DNA from: Promethearchaeota archaeon
GTDB lineage: Archaea > Asgardarchaeota > Lokiarchaeia > Sigyniarchaeales > SOKP01
Assembly: GCA_016839765.1 (NCBI GenBank)
Contig: JAEOTP010000007.1
Span: 32,001 to 96,000 of the forward strand
Length of the DNA stretch: 64,000 nucleotides
Direction of reading: 5' to 3'
Shown here in pieces: positions 8,484 through 18,844 of this stretch; the stretch's first letter is position 1, and every line of letters starts with the position of its first letter. The translations under genes and the position numbers were made by a program. The notes beneath the pieces are model-generated. The model saw nothing but the letters and a program-made list of their open reading frames with translations, was not told the origin of the DNA and did no database searches.

Positions 8484-10217
8484 TCACTCCTTTTTATATT
8501 TTTCTAAGATTTCTTGCTTTCTATGTCTCAAACTATCAAAATCATAATTTTGTTCAAAGAAAAAATCGAATGGATCTTTTATATCCTCCATTAATGGTTT
8601 TGAATAGAATTTTTCATACATATACTTACCTTTTTCAGTAATTTTTACCATAATCTGTTTTTCCTGGCTCAATAAACCATCCTCTATTAAATTTTTAACT
8701 ACAGAATTAATACCATTTTCTTTAAATATATAAAGACCAATATATGAAAAGCTTGTATAAATTTCTTCACTTTTCTTTAAAGAAAGCTGAAATTTCTCGT
8801 TAAGTTCATTTAAGGTAAATTTTTTTTCGGTATTATCAATAAAAACTGATAAAATCCATTTAATAATGTATTCCTTAAAATTTTCTTCATAGGACATTTG
8901 GAACTTCTCAAATTCAATCTCCTCTTCTTTTCCTGTTATAAATTCAATGAAAATCTCGATGATTTCTCTAAAAATGAATAAACTTACTGCTATTGCTATA
9001 ATTGGATCAAAATAAAAAAGAAATACAATTCCTTGAGATCTCCCAAATTCAGAAACAAGGGCACCTAAAATTATGCCAATAGAGATGAATATATTTACTC
9101 TTGAATCTATTGCGCTTGCGACTAATGATGAATTTCTATTCTTTTTTCCCACGAAATTTTTCAATGTACGTAAATAAGTGTTTAAAAATATAGATAATAC
9201 AGCAATAATTATAACAATTTGAGGCATTTTGATAGATTCTGGACCTGTTATTAAAGAAATAATTGATTCAAACAGTATTGTCCCACCTGCAAAGGCCATT
9301 AAGATTACTAAAACAATATTAACCAATTTTTCTTTTTTGTATCTTATTCCTATTCCAATTAATACAACTGCTATACAATCAAGGAAATTCTCAATACCTT
9401 CAGCTCGAAGCGAATCTGAGCTATAAGTTCCAATAAAAATTTTTAATAAACTAAGAATTAATAATCCAATAAATGATCTAATTAAGACTCCTCTACTGTT
9501 TAAAGTCTTATTGTATCTTTTTATTTGATTTTGTAAAGTCTCATTCCATAATACAACCTTTTCTTTTCCTTTAATATTTAAGGAAACAATATTGTCTTCA
9601 TTAATATCTGCTAGTCGAATACCACATAAATGGTATATTGAAGAAGCTGCGGTTTCATCATTAAAATAAACTTCTGGTATAAATATATTTAGCAACCCTT
9701 TGATACTGTCTTTTAATTTACCGAATTTCATTATTTTTTCCTGACTCAAATACTTCATAGCCGCATATTCTACTCTGTTTATTGGAAATAAATCTGACTT
9801 TCTTCTATGAAAAGCAACAGCAATTATTCTGATAAGGTGATTGATCGATATTAAAATAAGGCTTATAATACCTAAAATTAGTATAAAACTTGCAACTATC
9901 CCAAAACCGATATATTCACGATAAGTTAAATAATGAGAAATGAAATATATTTGTACATAAAGAAAGACAATTCCGAATAATATCCAAGGTGTTATTAAAT
10001 TTCTTACTACCTTTTTAATATGAAATTGTTTAAAGAATTCATTAATGGCTCTTCTCATATGGTGGCCAACAAAAAACGCCCCAATGTAGGTTATTATAAA
10101 ACTCCATTGAAAACTACCTGTCAATACAATTTCTATAATAGATGATATTAGAGATATTAAAAAGTAAGAAAGAAGTACTTTTTTATAATCTAACTCCCAA
10201 AACTTACTAAGACCCAT
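8484..10217 (-). CDS. Cation diffusion facilitator-like transporter with extra N-terminal TM and soluble domains
   Basis: SDSLRAEGIENFLD, NSSLVASAIDSRVN and FDPIIAIAVS align with CDF TM2, TM5 and TM6. Confidence 0.7.
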   Translation of the reverse strand: MGLSKFWELDYKKVLLSYFLISLISSIIEIVLTGSFQWSFIITYIGAFFVGHHMRRAINEFFKQFHIKKVVRNLITPWILFGIVFLYVQIYFISHYLTYREYIGFGIVASFILILGIISLILISINHLIRIIAVAFHRRKSDLFPINRVEYAAMKYLSQEKIMKFGKLKDSIKGLLNIFIPEVYFNDETAASSIYHLCGIRLADINEDNIVSLNIKGKEKVVLWNETLQNQIKRYNKTLNSRGVLIRSFIGLLILSLLKIFIGTYSSDSLRAEGIENFLDCIAVVLIGIGIRYKKEKLVNIVLVILMAFAGGTILFESIISLITGPESIKMPQIVIIIAVLSIFLNTYLRTLKNFVGKKNRNSSLVASAIDSRVNIFISIGIILGALVSEFGRSQGIVFLFYFDPIIAIAVSLFIFREIIEIFIEFITGKEEEIEFEKFQMSYEENFKEYIIKWILSVFIDNTEKKFTLNELNEKFQLSLKKSEEIYTSFSYIGLYIFKENGINSVVKNLIEDGLLSQEKQIMVKITEKGKYMYEKFYSKPLMEDIKDPFDFFFEQNYDFDSLRHRKQEILEKYKKE

Positions 10218-10319
10218 AGATTTCGACTCTCGACACTTATTTTGATTATATAAGGTAGATAATCGAATTATGAATAAATATTCTTTGATGTTTTTCTTTA
10301 AAAAGAAATTAAGGTTACA

Positions 10320-11387
10320 CTAATAATTCCTATTCATCACAAATTTTAAGAGACTTTCAAAAAATTCTGTTTCTGACGGATCTATTACTTTCTTTAGACC
10401 ATCTAGAGCATTTTTTGCTTTATCAAAATAATTTCTTGATAATTCCTTGCACGAATCAACTACTTCAGCTTCTAAAAACAAATCCTTGACTTTTTGAACA
10501 TCATTTTTTGCCATGTTTTGATTATGTATCAAATCATTAAGATGCTTTTTCTTACTATCATCCAATTTCTCATAAGCTTCTATTAATAAACAAGTCTTTT
10601 TACCTTCTCTTATATCTCCATCAGTTGGTTTTCCTGTTACTTTTTCATCCCCAAAAGTACCTAGGATGTCATCTATAATTTGAAAAACTATACCTAAATT
10701 AATGCCATAACTAGATAAGAGTTTAACGTTAGCTTTATTTACATTGGCATAATTTGCACCAATTAATAATGATTTTTCGATTAATGCGCCCGTTTTTAAG
10801 GAAATCATGTTAATATAGTCATTAATTGTTAATTCTTCCTTATTTACCATATCCATTTCAATTAAAACACCATTCGCAATTTCAATAAAAGCTTGCTCAT
10901 ACAAGGAAACCGCTTTTAAATTTAAATCTGTAGCAAAATCATTATAAAAATACGCTTCTAAACCTAAGAAAAACGCTGTATCACCACCTATTATTCCTAT
11001 GGAATTACCAAAATCTAACGCATCCATCTTTTGTAGACTGTACTTCTTGTGATAATTCTGAAATCTATAATGAAAAGCAGGATTTCCTCTTCTAAAATTA
11101 TCTTTATCTATAATATCGTCGTGTACTAATGAGGCATTGTGAAGAAATTCGATTCCAACACTTGGAATTAAAATTCTTTCATCTTTTTCTTTCTTAAATG
11201 CGTTATAGGCAGCTATAGTGAGGATTGGGCGAATCCTTTTACCCCCACTGAGAAAATAATCTTGAAGTTCTGAATAATAACTAATTAAAAAATCATCTTT
11301 TATATTTTTTAACTTTCTTTCAAAAAGATTATTAATTTCTTCGTTAATCTTTGGTCTATAAAGCCCTAAATAATTTAAAAATTTAAT
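10320..11387 (-). CDS. Geranylgeranyl diphosphate / polyprenyl synthase (probable ATT start)
   Basis: Frame is open from 11387 with GGKRIRP, FARM LVHDDIID and RRG upstream of the ORF-track start; KTGAL and FQIIDDILG downstream. An in-frame TGA lies just upstream (TGA TTT TCT ATT). Confidence 0.9.
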   Translation of the reverse strand: MKFLNYLGLYRPKINEEINNLFERKLKNIKDDFLISYYSELQDYFLSGGKRIRPILTIAAYNAFKKEKDERILIPSVGIEFLHNASLVHDDIIDKDNFRRGNPAFHYRFQNYHKKYSLQKMDALDFGNSIGIIGGDTAFFLGLEAYFYNDFATDLNLKAVSLYEQAFIEIANGVLIEMDMVNKEELTINDYINMISLKTGALIEKSLLIGANYANVNKANVKLLSSYGINLGIVFQIIDDILGTFGDEKVTGKPTDGDIREGKKTCLLIEAYEKLDDSKKKHLNDLIHNQNMAKNDVQKVKDLFLEAEVVDSCKELSRNYFDKAKNALDGLKKVIDPSETEFFESLLKFVMNRNY

Positions 11388-11738
11388 AGAAAATCACTAA
11401 AATTTATTGTGTTATTTCTTAATTTAAATTGATTTTAAATAAAAGTGCTATCAAATTTAGAATAATATGAAAGGTTTGATAGATGTGATAAATTAATAAT
11501 TTAATAAAAAATATTGTTCTCTGATATGATAAAAAAGAATCGATACAGATTTTCTTATTAATTCTTTATTAAATTACTAAATTCACTTAGTATAATTATT
11601 ATAAAAAACACATTCTTTTGATGATACTATAAAGACAAACAAGTATTTCGCTTACTAAGAATCTTAATACCAACATTATGGAGATATAAAAATCAAGGTG
11701 TTTTAAAAACCAAATTATCGAAAAATTAATAGAAAAAA

Positions 11739-12965
11739 ATGAGATTAACTGAGGTTATCCATGTAAAGCATTCATTAGAATTATCAAAAGTATGTCATTT
11801 AGCTAAGAACCTTTATAATTTAGCTAATTGGTATATAAGACAGGATTTCTTTAATCTTAATAATGTTTTAACCTATTATGATTTAGACTTTATTTTGAAA
11901 CATACACAAGCTTATCAGAATCTTCCCTCTCAAACTTCACAGCAAATTCTCAAATATGTGAATAGAAACTGGAAATCTTATTTTAGAGCGATAAAAGAAT
12001 ATAACCGAGATAACAAGAAGTTTAAGCAAAAACCCAGAATCCCCAGTTACAAAAAGAAAAGTGGAGAATCTATTGTAGTTTTTACCAATCAACAATGCCG
12101 GATAAAAAAAGGATATTTACATTTTCCAAAAAGGGTTAATCTTGAATCAATTAAAATTAGAATTAAAAATAAATTAAAGGAAGTAAGGATAATCCCTTTA
12201 GGAGTAAAATATAAAATTGAAACGATATATGAAAAAGAAGAGAAGGAGTTAGGATTAGATAAAGAGTATATTTTAAGCATTGATTTAGGGTTGAATAATC
12301 TCATAACTGCAGAAAATAATAGGTGTACCCCATTTATTATAAAAGGTGGGATGATAAAATCTATAAATCAATATTATAACAAACAATTGGCATATTTTAG
12401 AAGTATTGAAAATAAGAAGGGAAATTTTAGTGATACAAAAAGAATTCAAAAACTGCATTTAACTCGAAACAATAAACTTACTACATTGTTTCATCGAATT
12501 TCCAAAAATGTAATTAAGTATTGTATTCAAAATAACATTGGAACAATTTTAATAGGATACAATAACGGATGGAAGCAGAACATTAGTTTTGGAAAAAAAA
12601 AAAATCAGAAATTTATTCAAATTCCTTTCTTGAAATTAGTAAAACAAATTGAATATAAAAGTAAATTGAAAGGGATTCAAGTTAAGCGAGTTGAAGAATC
12701 TTACACTTCCAAATGCTCTTTCTTAGACAAAGAATCTATTGAAAAACATGAAAAGTATGGAGGAAAAAGAATTTCCAGAGGCTTGTTTAAAACTTCTAAA
12801 GGTATTCTAATCAATGCCGATGTGAATGGGGCATATAATATCATGAAAAAAGCATTCCCAAATGCCGTTTCGGTGGATGGGATAGAGGCATTCGGACTAA
12901 TGCCACAAATAATTCAACAACACATCGCTGATAAGATTATTTGCAATAAAATGGGTATAGTATAA
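11739..12965 (+). CDS. tnpB: IS200/IS605-family TnpB RNA-guided endonuclease
   Basis: KNLYN, SIDLGLNN, EESYTSKCS and NADVNGAYNI motifs. Confidence 0.92.
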   Translation: MRLTEVIHVKHSLELSKVCHLAKNLYNLANWYIRQDFFNLNNVLTYYDLDFILKHTQAYQNLPSQTSQQILKYVNRNWKSYFRAIKEYNRDNKKFKQKPRIPSYKKKSGESIVVFTNQQCRIKKGYLHFPKRVNLESIKIRIKNKLKEVRIIPLGVKYKIETIYEKEEKELGLDKEYILSIDLGLNNLITAENNRCTPFIIKGGMIKSINQYYNKQLAYFRSIENKKGNFSDTKRIQKLHLTRNNKLTTLFHRISKNVIKYCIQNNIGTILIGYNNGWKQNISFGKKKNQKFIQIPFLKLVKQIEYKSKLKGIQVKRVEESYTSKCSFLDKESIEKHEKYGGKRISRGLFKTSKGILINADVNGAYNIMKKAFPNAVSVDGIEAFGLMPQIIQQHIADKIICNKMGIV

Positions 12966-12976
12966 CTCATTTTAAT
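11739..12976 (+). mobile_element. IS1341-like element (tnpB only, no tnpA seen); left end not located
   Basis: Right-end hairpin TAAAATGGGT...ACTCATTTTA at 12947-12974 and GGCATT/AATGCC hairpin at 12887-12904, in the likely omega-RNA region. Confidence 0.6.
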
Positions 12977-13039
12977 AGTCTACTTCTTTACAAAGATATC
13001 AAAAATGTTTTTAATTTTTATGAGATTATTGTTTATACC

Positions 13040-15895
13040 TTGATCGAAAAAAAAGGTCATTATTCGGGAAACAGAAGAATCGATACATCTCGTTTTAATG
13101 AACCAGATTTAGATGATGAAAAATCTAGAGAAAAATGGTTCGGAGGAAAAAGAAAAGTTAATACGAGTCGGTTATTACCAAAATGGATAAATTCAATTTC
13201 AAAATCAACTAGTCCCGAGAGTTTGCGAATTCACATTGTGGGACAATCACATATTGATATAGCTTGGATGTGGCGATATGAACAAACAAAGAAAAAGGCT
13301 CAAAAAACTTTTAAAAAGGCTGTATTGCACTCAAATATATTTCCAGACAGATTTCGTTTTGCATTAAGTGAACCATTACTTTTAGATTGGGTTAAAAAAG
13401 ATAATCCAGTTTTGTTTAACGAAATTCAAGATTTAGTGAAAAGAGGAAATATTGAGCTCGTTGGTGGATCATACGTTGAACCTGATTGTATGATGCCATC
13501 AGGCGAATCTTTTATTAGACAGAGATTATATGGTATGAGATTTTACATGGAGAATTTTGGCATTCTTCCTAATGTAGAGTGGTATTTAGATTCTTTTGGG
13601 TATAATCATGGTCTATCCCAGATATTAGCAAAATCAGGAGCGAGATATTTTTGGACTAGTAAATTAACATGGAATAAAGACACAGTATTCCCATTTGTTA
13701 ACTTTTGGTGGCAAGGACCTGATGGATCAAGAATTTTAACCGCGAATTTTGGTATGGGAATGGGACCTTTAGAAAATTGGAAAAGGTTCGAAGTAGGGAG
13801 ACACTTACTTAAAAGAGATGGAAGAAAAGTCTGGAATTATAACTTAGATTATGAAACTCTAAATCAACATGTTGAAAAAGAAATATGTCCACACGTGGGA
13901 TATTTTTTTGGACATGGAGATGGCGGACATGGACCTACACATAAAGAAGTAGCATTTGCAAACGAGTTAGCTAAAAATTCAATGTTTAAATGGAGTAAAA
14001 TTGAAGATTTTTACAAAGAACTAGAAAATTACAGCGAAAAATTTCCTATATGGAATGACGAGTTGTACTTAGAAACCCATAGAGGTTGTTTCTCAAATCA
14101 TGCTGAAGTTAAAAGATATAATCGAAAGTTCGAAAATTTACTCGTTTCTCTTGAAATCCTATCAACAATTTTAACTAAACTTTTACCAGAGTTTCAATAT
14201 CCTAAAGAACATTTAGAATTATTATGGAAAATAACACTTAAAAATCAGTTTCATGATATTCTTCCGGGGAGCTCTATTCCTGAAGTATATGATGATTGTT
14301 GGGAAGATTGGAATGAACAAAAAGTCTTATTTAAATCCATTTTCAATGAAATGGGAAATTCTTTATCAAATGATAATAGTATTTCAGATAAAGAGAATTC
14401 GGCTGATATTTATTTTTTTAATCCATCTAGCTGGGAAAGAAACTCAAGAGTTTTTATACCCATAACAGTTTTCAATAATAATTTAGAGTTGAATAATCAT
14501 AATGCACCCAATTACGCTAAAGTGAAAATCTTTGATGGCAAGAATAAGGATTATATTTGCCAACCAATCAGAGCAGAATCGTATGATACAATAGATCCTA
14601 CGCCTGCTGGCTGGTGGACAGTTATGCCATTAAAACCTTTATGTTTAACTCCAGCAAAGATAACACTTTTCAACGAAAAAGAAAGTAAAAAGATTAAAAA
14701 TTCAGAGATATTGAAAGCAAGTGAAAATTTTCTATCAAATAAAGTTCTCTCAGTAAAGATTAATCCAAAAAATGGAGCAGTAATCGAGTTATTAGCAAAG
14801 TACATTGATAAAGGTAAAAATTTGTTAAATGGCGAATCTTCTAATTTGACATTTGGTTATCTTGATATTGGATATGAAGGCTTTAGTGCATGGAATTTAA
14901 CACGTAATTATTGGGAACATCCATTAGAGCTTGATAATAGCAATAAAACTAAAGTAAAAATAATTAATTCAGGACCGATCTTTGCCTCATTAGAAATATC
15001 CAAAGAACTTGGTATTAATCCTGTAAGCCAAAAAATTACTCTATTCAAAGATCTACCCCTTGTTTATCTTGAGTACAACACAAATTGGAAGCAATCTGAT
15101 GCTATGTTAAAAATATTATATAGTACTAACACTAAAGCGGATATAGTAACTTCAGATGGAGTCTATTGTGCAATACAACATAAAACAAATCCAAAAGTTC
15201 CATGTGATAAAGCTCGATTTGAAAAAATCTGTCACAAATATATTGACTTAAGTACACCTGATAGAAAATGGGGTATAGCTTTACTTAATGAAGGCAAATA
15301 TGCTTTTGATGTAAATGATCAAGAAATGAGGTTAACAATGCTTCGTTGCTGTAAATATCCTCCACCATCAATAGACGCTTGGGTAAATAAGGAAAGAAAA
15401 GTAAATAAAGAAAAATTCAACCATGTTGTTCCCACTCATAGCGGATTAGGACCTTTTAAGTGTCGATATGCTCTATTTCCTCACAATGGAGGTGCTTTAT
15501 TAAATCCTGATGGATCGGCCAACGTTGCAGTGAAAAGAAAAGCAGAAGAATTTAATAATCCAATAATTACTTTACCATCTAAAGGTCATAGACTAGATAC
15601 AATAGATCCAATTTTAGAAATTCAACCACCAAATGTTTATTTGGGTGCTTTAAAATTAAAAGAATGGACTAAATCAGATAATATTATTATCAGATTTTTT
15701 GAAGGGTCAGGAATTTCAACAACAGCAAGAATTAAGATAAATTCAGGTTTACTTGATAAAATTTCTTTAATTCAACCAATGGATTTGCTTGAACGTGAAA
15801 TAAATAAAAGTTATGAATTTAAAAGAGATTTAGGAATTTTAACTTTTGAAATAAATAAATTTGAGATTTGTACATTTGAACTTGTATTAAATTAA
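13040..15895 (+). CDS. Alpha-mannosidase, glycoside hydrolase family 38
   Basis: SHIDIAWMW, GGSYVEPD, DSFG, GDGGHGP, ELYLETHRG and QFHDILPGSSI motifs. Confidence 0.93.
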   Translation: MIEKKGHYSGNRRIDTSRFNEPDLDDEKSREKWFGGKRKVNTSRLLPKWINSISKSTSPESLRIHIVGQSHIDIAWMWRYEQTKKKAQKTFKKAVLHSNIFPDRFRFALSEPLLLDWVKKDNPVLFNEIQDLVKRGNIELVGGSYVEPDCMMPSGESFIRQRLYGMRFYMENFGILPNVEWYLDSFGYNHGLSQILAKSGARYFWTSKLTWNKDTVFPFVNFWWQGPDGSRILTANFGMGMGPLENWKRFEVGRHLLKRDGRKVWNYNLDYETLNQHVEKEICPHVGYFFGHGDGGHGPTHKEVAFANELAKNSMFKWSKIEDFYKELENYSEKFPIWNDELYLETHRGCFSNHAEVKRYNRKFENLLVSLEILSTILTKLLPEFQYPKEHLELLWKITLKNQFHDILPGSSIPEVYDDCWEDWNEQKVLFKSIFNEMGNSLSNDNSISDKENSADIYFFNPSSWERNSRVFIPITVFNNNLELNNHNAPNYAKVKIFDGKNKDYICQPIRAESYDTIDPTPAGWWTVMPLKPLCLTPAKITLFNEKESKKIKNSEILKASENFLSNKVLSVKINPKNGAVIELLAKYIDKGKNLLNGESSNLTFGYLDIGYEGFSAWNLTRNYWEHPLELDNSNKTKVKIINSGPIFASLEISKELGINPVSQKITLFKDLPLVYLEYNTNWKQSDAMLKILYSTNTKADIVTSDGVYCAIQHKTNPKVPCDKARFEKICHKYIDLSTPDRKWGIALLNEGKYAFDVNDQEMRLTMLRCCKYPPPSIDAWVNKERKVNKEKFNHVVPTHSGLGPFKCRYALFPHNGGALLNPDGSANVAVKRKAEEFNNPIITLPSKGHRLDTIDPILEIQPPNVYLGALKLKEWTKSDNIIIRFFEGSGISTTARIKINSGLLDKISLIQPMDLLEREINKSYEFKRDLGILTFEINKFEICTFELVLN

Positions 15896-17406
15896 TAATT
15901 CAATACTGATTTTCCTACAACACTATAATGTGGTTTCAAACCCAATAAATCCAATAGAGTTGGAACCATATCAGTCGTTTTACAATATTTAATTTTAGTT
16001 TTAGCAATTTCTGGGGAACCTCCTACGATAAATGGCACTGTCATAGACTTCTTCAGCCCAATATCATGAGAGTATTGATGTGCTTCAACAGATTTTCCGT
16101 GTTCATAACTAAAACCATATTCTCCAATTGTAGACATCATTACATCACACGAACGAGGATTTTTAAAATACCGAGGGATTTGATCGATAATTATAGGAAA
16201 ATCTATTTTACTTGTACCCTCTAACCATTCTTCTATAGTGTGAGCTCTATTATCTAATAATTTTGCAGATTCTTCATAGATTTTATACCTGTATATTTCT
16301 TTATCCTCAAAAATATATTTTGTTTTTTGTTGTTTTCCATGGCCCTCATATTCAATTCTACCTTTGTTTATTTTTCCTGTCTTATTATCCGTACTTTCTA
16401 TATGAATTATCCCTTTATCTGGTGTATTCTCATTATCACGATAATACATCAATTTTACTCCAGGAATTCTCCATAATATCTCAAATAAATTGACTGTTTT
16501 ATTATTATTAAGTTTAAATTGCTTCAATTTTTCTAAGGTTGGATGATGATGCCAATCTTCCCCAGGGAAATTGAAAAATCCTACAGAACCCATAGTTGCA
16601 TCAAAATCTCCTGTGCCATTTTTTGGTTGATATTGTGTTAAACCAGTCTGTTTGAAGAAAGGTTCAATATCATACATCTTTTCTGACTTATAATTACCAT
16701 GATCCGAAATAATCCCTATAGCAGTTGAATCATACAAACCCCTCTCTTTGAGAGTCCTAATTAAAGATCCTATATACCTATCACAGTTGATTATCTCCTT
16801 AATATAATCTGGATGTTCAAAACCTTTCTTATGCATGAGATCATCAGTTTCTGGAATATATGCAACTGTTACTTTTGGTACTTCCTTTTCTTGAAAAAAA
16901 TCTAGTGGATTTTCGAATATATTTTCAACTTCCTTCATTATTGAAGCAGAGGTAAATTGTTTAACGGGGATAAAAAGGGAACCGCGATTGATAAGATTTA
17001 ATGAACTAGCGAAATTCCCATCACCTGCTTGCTCGAAAATTGTTTTCACATTTGTGCCAATATCTTTATTGATTTTTCTAATATGTCTTGCAGATCCATA
17101 AGTTTTAATAATAGGATATTTTTTACCTTTAGTAGCGGGGTCTTCTCTCGCAATCCAATGATACATTGGAATACCACTCCCCTCTTTGGGATAATAACCT
17201 GAATAGGACCCAAGAATTATATTACTATAGCAAGGATAAGTGATACTTGGAAAAGTAGTAATACAATTTGAACAAGAAATGCCATCTTTTGCAAGTTTAG
17301 CGATATTTGGGAGTTTATTTTGGTCAATCAAAGTGAAAAGATGAGAGGCTCTCACATCATCTAAAATAATTAGGATAACTTGGTTAACTTTAGGATTTCG
17401 GCTCAT
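15892..17406 (-). CDS. Alkaline phosphatase superfamily / nucleotide pyrophosphatase-phosphodiesterase
   Basis: IILDD, TTFPSIT, DDLMH, ISDHG and DMVPTLL motifs. Confidence 0.85.
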   Translation of the reverse strand: MSRNPKVNQVILIILDDVRASHLFTLIDQNKLPNIAKLAKDGISCSNCITTFPSITYPCYSNIILGSYSGYYPKEGSGIPMYHWIAREDPATKGKKYPIIKTYGSARHIRKINKDIGTNVKTIFEQAGDGNFASSLNLINRGSLFIPVKQFTSASIMKEVENIFENPLDFFQEKEVPKVTVAYIPETDDLMHKKGFEHPDYIKEIINCDRYIGSLIRTLKERGLYDSTAIGIISDHGNYKSEKMYDIEPFFKQTGLTQYQPKNGTGDFDATMGSVGFFNFPGEDWHHHPTLEKLKQFKLNNNKTVNLFEILWRIPGVKLMYYRDNENTPDKGIIHIESTDNKTGKINKGRIEYEGHGKQQKTKYIFEDKEIYRYKIYEESAKLLDNRAHTIEEWLEGTSKIDFPIIIDQIPRYFKNPRSCDVMMSTIGEYGFSYEHGKSVEAHQYSHDIGLKKSMTVPFIVGGSPEIAKTKIKYCKTTDMVPTLLDLLGLKPHYSVVGKSVLNY

Positions 17407-17528
17407 TGTCTGTTTATTATTATTAAGTTTTAAATATTAAATTCAGAAATAATTAATAAATTTGCCAAACCAATTAATCTTTAATGAATATTGAAATACT
17501 AATTTATAGAAATTGTTGAGTATAAATA

Positions 17529-18749
17529 TTGTTTAACATAGAAGAACCGATTATATACTACAAATCTTCTGAGAAAATGGGAGAAGTTGAAGATAGTTCA
17601 ATTCAATTAATAATTACATCTCCTCCTTATGGTCAAATAAAGAATTATGGTTCTAAAAATCAGATAGGATTTTTTGATTCTTTTGAAGATTATTTTCAAA
17701 GATTAAAAAATGTTTGGACAGAATGTTTTAGAGTGTTAGAACCCCAGTGTCGAATGGTAATTAATGTTGGAGACCAATATTTAAGAACTAAGGAATATGG
17801 AAGATATCGGATATTATCAATCCAAAGTAAAATAATTGAAGCCTGTCAAAAAATAGATTTTGATTTTCTTGGTGATATTATATGGCAAAAAGTCAGTACA
17901 ACTAACACAACAGGTGGTTGTTCTTTAATGGGTTCAATATATTATCCTAGAAATGGTTTGTTAACATATGATTATGAACACATTCTAATTTTTAAAAAAC
18001 CTCATGGAAAAGGAAGAAAAGTTGACTTAAAGATAAAAGAAATGTCAAAAATATCTTTGAGTGAATGGAAAAAATGGTTTATTGGACATTGGAAATTTCC
18101 TGGAGTGATACAAAAAGAGCATATTGCAATGTTTCCAGAAGAATTACCTTACAGATTAATACGTATGTTCACGTTTATTGGAGATACTGTTTTAGATCCT
18201 TTCGTAGGTTCAGGAACTACTCTTAAAGTAGCAAAATCATTATTTCGAAAGAGTATCGGTTATGAAATTAATGAATACTTCCAACCTACAATAAATAATA
18301 AAATTAAGGAAGCAAAAATTGGATATTTTAAAGATTTTCAATATCTACTATACACCCTTTTTAAAAGGAGCCGACAAGAAAATTTTGATATTATCTACCA
18401 AGAACAAAAACAGAAAGGAATCATTGCTCTTGAGAATTTTAATAAAAAGAAAACAATATTAGATTATTTATTAATTCAAAATAATGATTTGTTTAAGGAA
18501 GAAATCGAAAAAGAAATAAATGCGAAGTTAGAAGAAAATCCAGTTCAAAATTATTTAAAGGAAAAATTAGATTGGATTACTTTATCTAATTACATAATCG
18601 TTATAAATTCTAATCTACAATTGTTTAGCAAAATTAAAGATAGTTTTGAAAATTGTTTGAGAAGTTATAAGAGTAAGAAAGATGTTAGAATTATTCTATT
18701 TGATGATATTATTTCTGATAAATTTCAATTTAATACTCTCTTCATATAG
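17529..18749 (+). CDS. Site-specific DNA methyltransferase, beta class (likely N4-cytosine), with C-terminal extension
   Basis: TSPPY precedes HIAMFP and VLDPFVGSGTT. Confidence 0.88.
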   Translation: MFNIEEPIIYYKSSEKMGEVEDSSIQLIITSPPYGQIKNYGSKNQIGFFDSFEDYFQRLKNVWTECFRVLEPQCRMVINVGDQYLRTKEYGRYRILSIQSKIIEACQKIDFDFLGDIIWQKVSTTNTTGGCSLMGSIYYPRNGLLTYDYEHILIFKKPHGKGRKVDLKIKEMSKISLSEWKKWFIGHWKFPGVIQKEHIAMFPEELPYRLIRMFTFIGDTVLDPFVGSGTTLKVAKSLFRKSIGYEINEYFQPTINNKIKEAKIGYFKDFQYLLYTLFKRSRQENFDIIYQEQKQKGIIALENFNKKKTILDYLLIQNNDLFKEEIEKEINAKLEENPVQNYLKEKLDWITLSNYIIVINSNLQLFSKIKDSFENCLRSYKSKKDVRIILFDDIISDKFQFNTLFI

Positions 18750-18769
18750 TTTTTAAATTAAACTGATAG

Positions 18770-18844
18770 AAATCCTTACTCGCGCAAAGTATTCATCAAA
18801 TAACTTTCCAAATTGGTTTTTTTATTTGAATCATTATATAGGAT
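18770..18844 (-). promoter_or_regulatory. Candidate eukaryote-like/lokiarchaeal SECIS element in the 3' UTR
   Basis: Minus strand reads AUGA-U-UCAAAUAA-AAAAA-CCA-AUU-UGG-AAAG-UUAUUUGA-U-GA: tandem GA core, 8-bp stem and unpaired A run, starting 10 nt after the stop. Confidence 0.6.

Noticed and set aside
11400-11738. tnpA gene or left end of the TnpB element
   Set aside because: No HUH/Y1 or serine-recombinase ORF and no convincing subterminal hairpin could be identified.
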